A DNA stretch of 64,000 bases, from NCBI GenBank assembly GCA_028534125.1, contig CM052818.1, positions 4,156,001 through 4,220,000 on the forward strand, given 5' to 3'. Below the pieces are notes generated by a model, which worked only from the letters and a program-made list of their open reading frames with translations, was not told the DNA's origin and ran no database searches. The stretch comes from Lama glama (lineage: Eukaryota). Of the stretch, positions 13,205 to 26,695 are shown piece by piece; position 1 is the first letter of the stretch, and each line of letters begins with the position of its first letter. A program made the position numbers and the translations under genes.

Positions 13205-13980
13205 ATCAGCCCTATTATATTTGGTCTTCCACCCATTTCCTGGCACGGAGATCCTAAAACTCTTGGAATTTCCTGTGCCAAGAGCGATAAAGTGTCTTTT
13301 GTTATGTTAAAGAGGTAATTTTTGGATCCCACCTAAGGATGGGGGCTGGTTGCCAGTGGAATCAACCACACGATTATTGGTTTGGAACTTTCAGTCCCAC
13401 CCACCAGGGAGGGGAGAGGGGCTGGCGATTGAGTTCAGCAGTCAATGGCCAGTGATTTAATCCATCATGCCTATGTGATGAAGCCTTCGGAGAGACCCAA
13501 AAGGCTGCGTTCAGAGAGTTTCTGGGTTGGTGAACACAAGGAGATGCAGGTAGGATGGCACCGGGACAGGACGTGGATCTTTCTTGCCCTGTGTATCTCT
13601 TCCACCTGGAGGTTCCTGAGTTATGTCCTTTATAATAAATCAGTAATCTAGTAAGTAAACTGGTTTCCTCTGTTCTGTGAGCCCCTTTAGCAAATTATTT
13701 GAACTCAAGGAAGGGTCGTTAGAACATCCAGTCTAGAGCTGGTTGGTCAGACACACAGGCGATAATCAGGACTTGCCAGAGGCACACGGAGAGTGTGTGT
13801 GGTTGGAGGCAGTCCTGTGGGGCTGAGCCCCTAATCTGTGAAATCTGAAGCTATCTCTGGGTGGACAGCGTCAGAACTGAGTCAAATTGTAGAACACCTA
13901 GCTGGTGTCTGAGAATTGCTTGGATGTATGAGAAGTCCTCACCCCCTCCTCCCACATCCACAACATCCCAGAATCAGACA
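13205..13980 (+). mobile_element. MER21-like LTR
   Basis: cctaaaactcttggaatttcctg, ggggctggttgccag, gtcagaactgagtcaaattgtagaacacc; resembles recalled MER21 consensus. Confidence 0.7.
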
Positions 13981-14464
13981 AGGTGAGAGGACTGTTCCGA
14001 GCCAGCTACGGGGCGGGAGGAGCCAAGGGGAGGGAGCTGGGTGTGTCGTGGGAAACCAGCGGGCCATCTTTCCTGTCAAGAAAGAAAGGGTGCCAGGAAA
14101 GAAACTGGGGCAGGAAGAGGCCTCAGCCTTGCAGAATAGTCGTGAGAATCATTTCGAAAACTTAGAGTGGGGATCCATTACCTGTGGCATACAGACGGAC
14201 TGCAGTTGAATGCAAAATTGTTTGTCTAGATAATTTTCTGGGGGCAGTTCCCATAGCTTTTTTTGGATTCTCTAAGGGGTTTACGAACCATGAAGAGCTT
14301 CACCAAAACTCACCACTGACAGGCTTGGAGGGAGATAATTCTAGGGGAAGCAACCCACTTCTGAAATGATTTCCCAGAGAAGCTCATCTTCATTTAAGAG
14401 AGAGGAGAGCCTAGGGGAGTAGGACATAGCACCGCTATGGGAGGAGGAGGCCATTTTCCCCCGC

Positions 14465-15230
14465 ATTCATTTAATAAATATTTCTTGAGCATCTTCTACG
14501 TCAGGCACTGCTTAGATCCTGGGATACAACACTGAAGAAAACAGAGGCAAAAAGAATCCTGATGAGTAGATTGAAGCTTTCATGCTAGTCAGGGGAGACC
14601 AACTATGAACAAAACAAATGAGCCAAGTATTTAGCATGTTAGATGTGGGTAAGTGCTAAAAAGAAAAATGGAGAGGAAAGAAGGGATAGGATGGGAAAGG
14701 GGTTCAATGTTAAGTGGGATGATCAGAGGAAGGCTCACTGAGGTGATATTTGAGCAAAGACCAAGGAAAGCAAGGGACCAAGCCATACAGCTACCTAAGA
14801 AAGGACGATTCCAAACAGAGGAAGCAGCAAGTGCAAAGGCCCTGTGGCAGGAATGTATCAAGGGTATTTGGAGATGAGCAAGGAGGCTGGTGAAGCTGGA
14901 GTGAAATGAGCACTGGAGAGGGTTCTAGAAAACAAAGTCAGAGGGGTCTTGGGGGTGGGGGCAGATTGTGCGCTTAGTCACTGTTAAGGCTTCTGACTAT
15001 TCCTCTGAGAGAGAAAGGAGGTCATTGGACAGTGATGAGCAGAGAAGGGTCTTGATATGACAGCTTTAACAGATCTACTCTTCTGCTCCATTGAAAACAG
15101 ACTGTAAGAAGGCAAGGCTGAATGTGTGGAGATGTATTTGGAGACCACTGCTGCAATTTGGAACAGACAGTCTGGCACCTCAACCAGGATGGCAGTAGTG
15201 ATAGTGATGAGAACTGGGTAGGTTCTCGGT
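14465..15230 (-). mobile_element. L2 fragment
   Basis: attcatttaataaatatttcttgagc...caagtgcaaaggccctgtggcagg. Confidence 0.75.
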
Positions 15231-16672
15231 GTAAAAAGTCATAGAAAATTTACAAAGGGCTGGAGAAAGACAGCAGAGCAACATATCTCGGTGACTTTCC
15301 AACGTTTGCAGGGGCATGCCCGGCCGATTTCGTAGACCCAGATTAGAGGCACTTTACAAGTGGAATATGATGTCTTGGCACAGGAGGGCCACCTACAGAG
15401 GCACCTACTTCTTTAGAGCTGAGGTTTCTTTACAAACAGGAAAGACAAATGTCTGACTTGTCTCGTGGCCTCAAGTTGGACTCTGCTGTCTTAAAATGCC
15501 TTCTCCTTCTGAGATCTATCATTTTAGTTCTATGAGAGGCTTTAAAAGCATCTGAAATGCCACATCAGATCCAAACCTTGCTCTTTGAATACATAAATAG
15601 TGTTTTGTTCTTATTTCTCCTTCCTCGGACTTTCCTCTGCCGACAGGACTTATGCTTGACTTGCTTCTGACAGTGGTGGCCTCCAGGTGGGGTGAGGGAG
15701 AGAGAAATCCCCGTGTGGATTATGACTGATGCAGCAGCTCACCGTGACAAGGCTGAGCCGAGCATCACACAGGGCCCAGATGCTGGTCACAGCGCATCCA
15801 CAGCGTTTTGACTCAGAGCAGGTACGTAATGAGACAACATCAACCACCCTTGTCCACACAGACAGCCTAAAGCACTGGACCAGGGAAGACGGAAACCATC
15901 AATTTCACAATCTCAAGCGACAAGGGAAGTCACAGATCCGACTCTCCAGGCTGAGCAGCCCATCCAGGAGCTTTAATAAAAAAACACCTCATCTCAGCCT
16001 GATCAGCACCACAAAAAATACTGTGCTTAGGAACTGGGAAAGGGTTAATGAAACCATGTAACTCTTTGTAATTGTTTGCCACTGTGTGTAAGAGGCAGGC
16101 GCTCTTGAGTCTGGCCGTCCCATCCAGGTCACTTCTTTTCCCGCAGCCCCCCCACCCCAACCCCGGGCAGGTCACAGGCCACAGGACCGCCTCCCAGCCC
16201 CATATCCTGGGTCTGTAGGTGACCCCAGCTGAGCCAGGAGTTTGGAATGGGGTGGCGGGGGAGGATGAATTCTGCCTCCGCTGGTACTCAAGGGAGAAAC
16301 AGAGGAAAGCTGGGGCTGGCACAGCAGTATTTGGGACAGGTGTGAGTACAAGAGGGCTGCTAACTGACAGAAACAGGCAGGCAGGCAGAGAAAGTAGAGG
16401 GAGAAAGAGAAGCCACGTGGCCCCAGGGAAACTGACAGGATAAGCTCATGCTGGTTAATTCTTGGTCCCAGTCCCTCAAATCCTGGAAATTCCTGCCCTT
16501 GGTTTCCTTGAGTAGCTCCTGCTCCTGCCCAATAAATCCCTCTTTGTTGCTTAACATCATTGGGATGAAATTTATCAACTAAGATTATACAGTCGTTTGG
16601 GAAAATTAAGCTATAAAGTAAAAAATATTAAATTGCATATATCTTACGTTTGTCATCCTGGGAAAAAAAAAA

Positions 16673-16704
<32 letters not shown>
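16673..16704. repeat. Compound (TG)n(TA)n microsatellite
   Basis: Seen directly. Confidence 0.9.
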
Positions 16705-16706
<2 letters not shown>

Positions 16707-17727
16707 ACACCAGCTGGAGGGAAAATATAAAAATGTCTCTGATAGTTTTAGAAGTGATTATTTTCCATATTTTTTCAAATGTCCACAAAATTGTTAAGGT
16801 ACTCATAATTTTTGATAGAAACTACTGGGCAATCAAAGAAACATTTAAAAGCTCCCCTAAATGATTTCCTAAATAACAGGCAGCTTGGCTGATAAATAAT
16901 CATATTTATCCTGGAGTTGACACAAATAAGTGTGTTCCTAAAATGTTGAAGGAAAATGGTCACTTGAAATCTCATCTACATCAGTCCTTTCCTATTTTTA
17001 GGAAAGGAAAAAACACATACTGGATTCACCTGTTCATTAATTTCATTTTTTTTTCACATCAGTTATTTATAGGTGAAGCCCTCCTGTAGTGTGGACACGA
17101 CACCAGTGTTTTCAAAGAGCTCAAATACTTGAGAACTTGTAACCTCGAACTTGAGCTTGTAAGATCAAATGCTTGTAACCCAGAAAAGCGTTCAACTGAG
17201 CATTCGTTGCAGACCTGCAGGGCTCCAGACACAGTTCCTGAACCTCTCCCTAGGCGGACTGCCTGATTCCAGATGGCAGCTTTGGTGTCCCGTGCTCATC
17301 AGCCTAACTTGTGCTTCCAGCACAGATCTTGCCATTAACCCTCTTAGGTTCCGCACCCCGCACCACTGGGCAGGCTCCTGGTACTGCTGAAGGTTAGTGC
17401 TGCCGGGAACCAGAATCAGCTGGTCTGACCATTCATTTTACAGATGAGAGCACTGTGTCCAGAGAGGAGAAAGGACCGCTTCAGGGCATCACACACATTT
17501 GCTGGTGAGGGCAAAGGGCTTGCAGTCCTTCCAGCTAATCTAGGATCAGCTGTTTGTGATTCCCCAGGGAGGGAAGTTAGAGCCTTGGCAATGAGCATGG
17601 CCTCAGAGTCATCCCCTGGTGGTCTTCTCTGAACGCTACTCGAGGAAAGATCATGTCTGGAACTACTTCCTTCCCATCCCTGAGATGTCACCGACACCTG
17701 CCCAGGAAAGCCTGCAGGGGTCCTTAC

Positions 17728-17844
17728 CTCCAGAGGGTGTGCCAGCGACTCTCCTAAGGAATTTAACCCACTCCTCCATTTCCGCTTGGGAGCTGGCCAT
17801 GAGGACATAGGAGTCCTGTCCCGTGCGACTCTGGTCACATGAGG
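17728..17844 (-). CDS. ARHGAP25: ARHGAP25 coding exon (human exon 4 equivalent; 117 nt), PH C-terminal helix
   Basis: (A)SCDQSRTGQDSYVLMASSQAEMEEWVKFLRRVAGTPSG, with the conserved PH-helix Trp. Acceptor TTTCCTCCAG|CC, donor GAG|GTAAGG, phase 1 to phase 1. Confidence 0.95.
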
Positions 17845-18647
17845 CTGGAGGAAAAAGTAACACCAGTGAAGGTCTGCCAGTGGTCTGGGGCCAGAGCAAG
17901 GGGAAGCGAAGGGAAGCCAAACCTGGATTGCTTCTTTGGTCCATTTAAACAACCAGTCAAATAACACAAAAGCATCATCTACTCATCCTCAGCAGAACTG
18001 AGTATCTACGCACTTTTACTGTTTTTGCTGAAGCTCTAATTAATTCTATAGACAAATCATTGAACTCAGTGGTTTGCAGTTGGGATGATTTGGGCTGAGA
18101 TCTACTCCCATGGAGAACGAAAGCCACTTCCTACAGAAAATTAAGAGGAAGTTTCAGGGGCAGTGTCAGTACCAGAGAAGACAGGCTCAGCCTGTATAAG
18201 TTTGAAACTTCAGTCCATCACATCAGCCATGGATACTTTCCTGAGCTACCCCTGAGCTCAGCTGTGGGGGTGAGGAAGGGACCAGCAATTCAGGAGGGAG
18301 GGACAGTGAGCATACGTGTGCCTTTCTCACGAATCGGCACCTCCTGTTCAAGATGACTGCTCTCCTGCCTGCACAAGACATTGCAAACGGCAGGCAGAGT
18401 TGATGGACAAATGAAGTTTGTTAGGACTTTTTTTTTTTACCATTTGCACTTTAAACCCGAGATTACAGACAGACATCTGTAGTGCCTCCTGGCTCGATGT
18501 TATCAAGTGGACAAAAGGGTGGAGGAAATGACAAGGCAGGAGAGTGGAGACAGGAGACTAAGAAAGAATGAGAGAAAGTGACAAATAGAGAAAAATTGGA
18601 AGAGAGGAGAAGGGAGGGAGAAAGAGAGCATCAAACATAAGTCTTAG

Positions 18648-19129
18648 CACAAATGAACTTATTTACAAAACAGAGATGGGCTCGCAGACATAGAAAACAA
18701 ACTTATGGTTACCAAAGGGAAAGGGGGTGGGGAGGGGTAAATTGGGAGTTTGGGATTTGCAGATACTACCTACTATATGTAAAATAGATAAACAAGGTCC
18801 TACTGTATAGCACAGGGAACTATATTCAATACTTTGTAATGGCCTATAATGGAAAAGAATGTGAAAAGGAATATATATACATGTATGTATAACTGAATCA
18901 CTATGCTGTCCACCAGAAATTAACACAGCATTGTAAATCAACTATAATTCAATTTTTAAAAATATTGGCAATGATGGAGATGTTAGCTGACTCTATAGCA
19001 ATTATCATTTTCATTATGTAAGTAAATCAAATTAACATGTCATATACCTTAAACTTATAAAAATGGGACATGTCAATTATATCTCAATAAAACTGGAAGA
19101 AAAGAAAAAAAAGAATTTCAAGTGGAAAA
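18648..19129 (+). mobile_element. L1 3' end plus extra 3' segment inside one 15-bp TSD
   Basis: L1 3'UTR to about 18960, then an older L1-like tail. TSD aaacata(a/g)gtcttag at 18633-18647 and 19130-19144. Confidence 0.8.
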
Positions 19130-19271
19130 AAACATAGGTCTTAGGAAGGACAAGAAATTAATAGCAATCCCTTTCAATTACAGGATGCTATTAAACTTCA
19201 AATTCATTTAGGAGACATCAACCCCATTCTTCTCACAATAACAGGACAATTCCTTCAAAGAGCCTGTTCTA

Positions 19272-19896
19272 GTACCATATGACCCAGCAATTCCACTCCT
19301 GAGTATATATCCAAAGAAAAACAAAAACACTAATTCAAAAAGATACACACACCCTATTGTTCATACCAGCACTATTTACAATAGCCAAGACATGGAAGAC
19401 ACCTACGTATCCAACAGTGGATGAATGGACAAAGAAGACGTAGTATATAACATAACGGAATACTACTCAGCCATGAAAAAGAATGAAAATTTGCCATTTG
19501 CAGCAACATGGATGGACTTGGAGGGTATTATGCTAAATGAAATAAGTCAGACAGAGAAGGACAAATACTATTGATATCACTTATATGTGGAACTTAAAAA
19601 TACAACAAATTAGTGAATATAATGCAGAAGAAGCAGACTCATAGACATAGAGAACAAGCTAGTGGTTGCCAGTGGGGAGAGGAAAAGAGGGAAGAGGCAA
19701 TATAAGGGTAGGGGATTAGGGGTACTAGGTATAAAATAAGCTACAAGGATATATTGTACACATGGGGAATACAGCCAATATTTTATAATAACTAAATGCA
19801 GTACAACCTTTAATAATTGTGAATCACGGTATTGTACACCTATAATTTACATAATATTGTACATCAACTATACTTTAATTTTAAAAAGCTAAAAAA
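19272..19896 (+). mobile_element. 5'-truncated L1 (ORF2 C-terminus + 3'UTR) with TSD
   Basis: ccatatgacccagcaattccactcct...gcagcaacatggatggac. TSD aaagag(c/t)ctgttcta at 19257-19271 and 19897-19911. Confidence 0.9.
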
Positions 19897-20989
19897 AAAG
19901 AGTCTGTTCTAACTGCCCAGTTGTGCCCAAACCTGTATTTTCTTGCATAGCAACAACATATTTTCAAATTTCCTTTGTTTCTAGTCTCTTGATCCTGTCT
20001 TATGATCACCCAGCCTTAGCTTCTTTTATGCTTTGGGACAACTTGCTTCTGAATCCATCTTATCATTGGGTCATCAGCTCCTCTTGCCAGAAGGGTCAGT
20101 CCATCAAAGCCCTGGCCATTCAGGAACATTCTGAGAGCTGGGTATTTCCAGAAGTAAAATGGGCAGTGAAGCGTGCTCAGGGCAAAACAAAAGAATCCCA
20201 CAGGAATCACAACATCCCTCTAAAACAGAATAGGGCTCTCGCATCCTTTCTGCTCCACAGATAAACGAAGACAGCATTAGTCCCTGAGAACCTTCTTGCA
20301 CGAGAGGATGACAAAAAGAGGAACTGGAAGTTCTCGACACTGTAACATAAAGGGCTGTCTCATTTTAAGTTGAGTGAAGCCTCAGGAACGATGGCGTCTT
20401 TAGGAAAATGGTTCCCTACCTTACTGCGGCTTTAGAATTGTTGTTTGTCCTTAACGAGATGAGTGTGGGTGCGTACACTCACGCATTTGTGAATCTGTTC
20501 AAGAATTCCCCCGGCAGCCTGGGAGACAGCTGCAAGTGTGAGTGATAATCAGAGGATAAATCTTCATCCTACCCTAGCCTAGCAACCTTCAAGGGTACCA
20601 GACTTTTGGTGCAAAGCCCACAGTGAATTTGCCATGGGCGCTCTCAGTAGGTTCACACTAGATTGAAAATTCAGGCTTTGGGACATGTGCTATCATGGGT
20701 GGTTGCATCCCACGAGTTGTGCTGGGGAAGGGATCCTAGGAATAGAAGAAAGAAAGGGGTGGAGATGTCTCCAAACAAAGAGACTGGGAAAGTAGGCTTT
20801 TCCTCTAAAGAGGATAAGAGATGGGTAGACCTTCAGATAAAAAGCAAAGGGGTGTTCATAAGGGGGCCATTGAGGAAGAGCTGAACTTAAAAAAATGTTT
20901 TTCTTTGTTTTGTATAAATGGCATAGCCAGTTTTAGAATTGGGTTCTACATAATTTCCTATAGTTATTCTCAAAATATTAAACAATTAA

Positions 20990-21215
20990 CATGGCACTAA
21001 ATACATACCAGGCACTGTACCAAGTGTTTCATGTATATTTCATCACTTAATCCTTACTATGATCATCATTGTCCCCATTTCACAGGTGAAGAAACAGAGG
21101 CAGAGAGAAATTAAATGACTTGATCACAGTGACACACGTAGTAAGTGGCAGGGCCAGGACGTGGACCCGGGCAGGCTGGCTCCAGACTGGGTACATCTGC
21201 CTCTCTGCTGTACTG
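20990..21215 (-). mobile_element. MIR
   Basis: ccccatttcacaggtgaagaaacagaggcagagag core. Confidence 0.7.
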
Positions 21216-22018
21216 TCTTCTCCACCAGGTTTCTTATGCACATAGCTGCCTTGTGTGAGTGGTAAGAAGGGAGTTAAAGGAAGGGGACACTGAGGGGACT
21301 TGTGGTCTCCCCTGCTGTGTCAGCAGCCTGGCGACACAGCCAGACCAGCAGTCCCAGGGGACTGGTGAAGGAGCAAGAGACAGGGAGAAGCAGCCTCAGT
21401 ATGATAGACGTACACAAACACGAGCCAACTCCCCTTGAGACAAACTGAGACAAACCTCCCCCTTCCCCCAAATGCATTCAAGGAAGGTAATCCCTGATTA
21501 GGAAAAGGCACCCTCCCGTGAGCTGCTAACCTGTGCAACTGGTGAATTATGGCACCTGACACGTGGTAAGCGCTCAGTAAGTCGGAGGTGTCATTTCTTA
21601 TTAGGTCTCGTTGAGCCATTTACGACTGTTGACTGTCAACCATTTGTGACTCAACAACATGGTGATTTCACACGGTTCCATTTATACTGTTAATTTCTTT
21701 GTTCCACTCAACTTCAAAGCGGAGCTCCTTGCAGCGAGCAGGGATGATGGACTTTCAGATCAGTATCCCAGTGCCTAGTGGATATCTGGCTCCAAGCAGG
21801 CGCTTGTGAAATGCTTATAAGGTGGAACTGGATGCACATCCACTTAGATCATATGCTAGTTAATGAACTTGTATAAGTTCATCAAGTCTATGCAGAACTA
21901 GTGTGCGTTCTTACTAGGTTGGTTGGCTAGTTGGTTGACAGACTCACGGAACTTAGACTTCTGGGATCAGAAGTAAAATGGGATGGAAGGCACGTCTAGC
22001 CCGCCTTTCATCACTTAC

Positions 22019-22106
22019 CTGGAATGACCTCAAAGACAAACTTCCCCGCTTCTTCTGGGTTTGTGGCGATCTCCTTGACTGTACATCCGGGCAGATACAT
22101 GCAGCC
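22019..22106 (-). CDS. ARHGAP25: ARHGAP25 coding exon (human exon 3 equivalent; 88 nt), PH domain
   Basis: Absent from the ORF track; read by hand as GCMYLPGCTVKEIATNPEEAGKFVFEVIP. Acceptor TTTCAG|GGC, donor CAG|GTAAGT. Phases match both neighbouring exons. Confidence 0.95.
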
Positions 22107-23899
22107 CTGAAAGATCAAAAGTGAAGCCTTTAAGATAAGGAGAAATGTGATCACTTATGAACTGAAATCAGGTTGGAGGACAGACAGGATCATGATGGGA
22201 CAGGGGAGGGGGCAGATGGAAAGCTAGCATCACAGTCTCGAATTCAGACCTTGGTCAAATTCAGTGGCAGCTACCTGAGAGCAAGCCAGGTGCCCAAAGA
22301 GACAAGAACAAGGTCCTGACCTGAGAATGAGCTGAGAGGGTGCCGTCATCATCACCTGCCTCTTCCTACTTCTCCAAGGACCGGACTTCCTGGCTGAACC
22401 GGACACCTGATCTCTGTGGCGGCAATGCCAAGACCTGGGAGGACCATACCACTGGCCCGGCTGCCAGAGGGGGGCACTGAGGACTGAACCACAGATTCAT
22501 CAAGGGGATATGGTCTTGGCAGCAGCAAGAGCTTCTGAGAAGCACACTCCAGGTGTCTGTCCCTTTGCTAAGCACCTTGAATGCATATTATTCCCTCAGT
22601 CTTTTCAATAATCCTCCAAGTGAGGTATTGTGACACACATTTACAAGGGAAGAAACGGGATCAGAATGGCTCTGTAATTTGCCCAACATCACACAACAAG
22701 TAAAGCGGCAGAATGGTAATTCATCCCAGAAGTGCATTCAAAGCCTGTGATCGTCACCATCACAGCAGAGGTGCTGGGACCCGTCAGCTTAATGTCCCCT
22801 GTAGTAGGGAGAAGGACCATGGATTCACGGCAGGGAGGGAGCGGGAGGGTGGAATCTGTAACCTGACACAAGAATATGTTATCAGAAGAGCAGGTCACCT
22901 GCACCGTGGGTGTGCTCAGTGCTTCACCGCTGTCAGGGCACTGTCACATGCCACGTCGCCTGAGTGCTCACACAGCCCCGAATCAGAAGCCTGGCAAGAC
23001 GGTCACTCCCACTTTGCAGATGAGAAAACCAGCACTTTGAAAGTCTAAGTGACACAGTCAATTTGTCCTGGAGTTAGTTACTCATAATTTACATCTCACT
23101 GGCTGTTGGAGCTAGTGTGCCTGATTCTGGGCTGAGGAAACACGCATGTCTTAATTCTAGAACAAACAATCAACAGAGAAGCTATGAAGGTGAGAGTCTT
23201 AAGGAACTCTCAGATCAGCTCAGAAGCCTGAAAGAATAAAAGTTTCTGGAGGGTCTGGAAATGAAAATGTCGAAGACTGAGTACGAAAATGAGCAGAAGA
23301 AAAAGAAGAAGAGGAAGAGGTAGGGGAGAAAGGGGAAGAGGAGGAGGGGGAGGAGGACAAGAGAAAAGAAAAAATATCCGTCTACACTTCTCTAATTTTA
23401 TTACTTAAAAGTAACCTCTACTTACATGGTCCTATCTTTAAATAATATCAATAGCCTCTTAAAAAAAAAAAAACCCTGAGTTTGCTGCTGGATAGTATAT
23501 TGAGGACATTTAGCACAGAGCCTGGCACCTAGTAACTGTTCAGTAAAGGGTATTCACATATTTTGTATTTTATTTTTACTATTTAGTGATGAAACTATCA
23601 AATAATAATTTAGAGAGGTACCTAGGAGAGGCACGTACCTCTGAGATTACACTTTCTTTCTCTTTCTACCAGGTAACGCTCCCTCCTGTCTAAAAAACAA
23701 CATGGCGCTTTATTCTGGTGCCATAACTCAAAGCTATTATTAACTGTTATATAAACTTACAAAGAAATATTTTATATTAAAAATAAAGGTAGTAATACTT
23801 AGAATTCATCACTTTCTAATTATTTTTCCTTTTTTTTTCTTGCAGTCCCCCTGAAATACAATTAACATACTGCATTGTCCAACTTAAAGATCCCCAGTA

Positions 23900-24630
23900 G
23901 AGAATGCAGTTTGATACAGCCATTATGGAAAACAGTATGGAGATTCCTCAAAAAACTAAAAATAGACTGACCATATGATCCAGCAATCCCACTCCTGGGC
24001 ATATATCTGGAGGGAACTCTAATTCAAAAAGATACATGCACCCCAATGTTCATAGCAGCAGTATATACGATAGCAAAGACATGGAAACAACCTAAATGTC
24101 CATCGACAGATGACTGGATAAAGAAGCTGTGGTATATTTACACAGTAGAATACTACTCAACCATAAAAAAGAATAAAATAATTCCATTTGCACCAATGTG
24201 GATGGACCTGGAGAATGTCATTCTAAGTGAAGTAAGCCAGAAAGAGAAAGAAAAATACCATATGATATCACTCATATGTGGAATCTAAAAAAATTTAAAA
24301 GAAGACACTAATGAACTCATCTAAAAAACAGAAACAGACTAGCAGACATAGTAAACAATCTTATGGTTATTTGGGGGAAAGGGAGTGGGAAGGGGTAAAT
24401 TGGGAGTTTGAGATTTGGAAAGGTTAACCACTGTATATAAAAATAGATTAAAAAAAACAAATTTCTTCTGAATAGCACAGGAACTATATTCAATATCTTA
24501 CAGTAACATAACCTTTAATGAAAAAGAATATGAAAATGAATCTTGTATGACTGAAACATTATGCTGTGCACCAGAAATTGACACATTGTAACTGAATATA
24601 CTTCAGTGAAACACACACACACACACAAGC
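23900..24630 (+). mobile_element. 5'-truncated L1 nested in an older antisense L1 3' fragment
   Basis: ORF 24046-24288 is the L1 ORF2 C-terminus (MFIAAVYTIAKTWKQPKCPS...). TSD-like agat(c/g)cccagta on both sides; (CA)n tail. Confidence 0.9.
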
Positions 24631-26611
24631 ACAGATGCCCAGTACAACAATTTGACCCACATCCGTCATGAAATGAGCACCACAATAAGTTTGGTGAACA
24701 TCTGCCATCTCATATAGCTATAAAAGAAAAGAAAAGAATCAGCTCGCCTACCAGAGGGCCATTTGTGAAATATTTCCCTGCATGCCCCTGGGAGACAACT
24801 ATCCGTGGTAATTTCACAGAAAGCAGATGAGACAATGGGACAACTGGAATGAGTTACATAGAAAGCGAGGTCACGGACTTACAGGGCATTATGCTGTTAG
24901 AGCTGGACAGACCTTTCTGAGAACTCAGAGAGAAAAATGCACAGACTGCCTTCTATCAAACCCCAAGCTTCCCTAGGAGGGCATATTACAAGCGTCTATA
25001 ACTTATTTAATCATTCTCCTCTGTCAGACATTTGGTCCAAAATTTCTCATTACACATAGCACTGCATTTATCTTATTCTTTGGGAGAGTTTCATAAAACC
25101 AAAACGATCTTTTCTGACTCTTAGAAATCTGGCCAAATTGTTCTCTAGAAAGGCTGCAGCAAATGCACACACCATCAGTAGATACGAAGGTCTTTTTCAT
25201 GTGATTGCTGCAAGATTATTGGGGTATTTTTTTTTTTGAGTTGTTTAGGGATCAGGGTGTATTTGTGTTCTCTTTAAATTTGCACCTAATTTATCGTTTA
25301 GTCATAGAGAAAGAGGAAAATTAAAAGTTGTATGTAACTCCAGTCCTCAGAAATAAATACAGTTAACCCTTCTGTGTGTTTCTTTACACGTCTTTTCCCG
25401 TAGATTACAGATTCAGGATTTTTTTTCCCTCAAGAATGGAATTAGCATATACGTCATCCTCTGTTGTTAACTGCTTCTTTTTTTCCAAACAAGTATATTA
25501 TGGATATCTTTCAGTTTCAAAAACTACTAACTTAGGGCATCAACAGCTGAATTGTATGCTAATGTACAGACATATAAAATTTCCTTGACATAACTTAGTC
25601 ATATCACCAGGCATTTTTCCGCAAGACTGTTGTAAACCTTTCGAATAGAAATACAAGATCAAAAAATTTGCATTTTTAAGAGACATATTATCCTCCAGGA
25701 AGGTTGTACAACTTTTCCTTTCCGCCAGCTGCACATGAGGATTTCTGTTCCCTAGTCTTTACCCACATGGGAATTTCTGAAAAGTCTTCACCAATTTGAT
25801 AAGGAGACAGCAGTAATCTCATTAGCTTCCACTGCATGTCTTTAATTATGACTGATTGAACTTTTTTTACATATGCTTTTTGGGCCATGGCATTTCTTTG
25901 GGAAATTGCCCACTTATGTCATTTGTTCATTTTTTTAAATTGCTGTTTCTTATAGATTTGAGATTACTTTATATTAAGAATATTTGTTTACCATTTGTAT
26001 ATGAACATACGTTTTCCTGCTTATTATTTGCCCTTTCCCTTTATTTTGTTGGTTTTTAAGGTACAGACATTGTTATTTATGCAATTAAATTCATCTTTTC
26101 TTTGTGCTGTCTTTGTTTCTACATTTAAGAAACACCTGCTTCCCAAAGATCATGCTGATAATTACACTTCCTTCTAGGATTTTAATGAACTTGTTTTCAT
26201 ACATAAATCTGTAATCCATCCAGAATCATGAATGATGTGAAACAAAGCGTGGAAACAGACCTTTTTTTTTCCCAAGAATTTAGTTCATGTCTTTCATTTC
26301 ACTTCTAGGTATTTGCAATGTCTATGAATCCCAACATAATTTTAAATGACAGCATTAAAAAAGTACTTTAGTTTGAGTAGACTTTTCTTTATCTTAATGA
26401 AATAATGATGGATATATAAAAAGTCTACATCCACTTAATTCTTGTTTGTTATGATAATATAGAAACATCAGCCCAAATTCTCAACTAATTTTTAGGAGAA
26501 AATTGGTTTAATAAATTATAGGCTGTCCATACAATAAATTTTGCCACCATTAAGAATTATATTGTGGAAGAATATTTAATCATAAGGGACAATATTCATG
26601 ACATATTGTTA

Positions 26612-26695
26612 ACTTTATTTAATGGATGTACTGGGGATTGAACCCAGGACCTTGTGCATGCTAAGCACATGCTCTACCACTGAGCTATACCCACC
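26612..26695 (-). mobile_element. tRNA-derived camelid SINE (short form)
   Basis: Reverse complement of GTATAGCTCAGTGGTAGAGCATGTGCTTAGCATGCACAAGGTCCTGGGTTCAATCCCCAGTAC. Confidence 0.8.
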
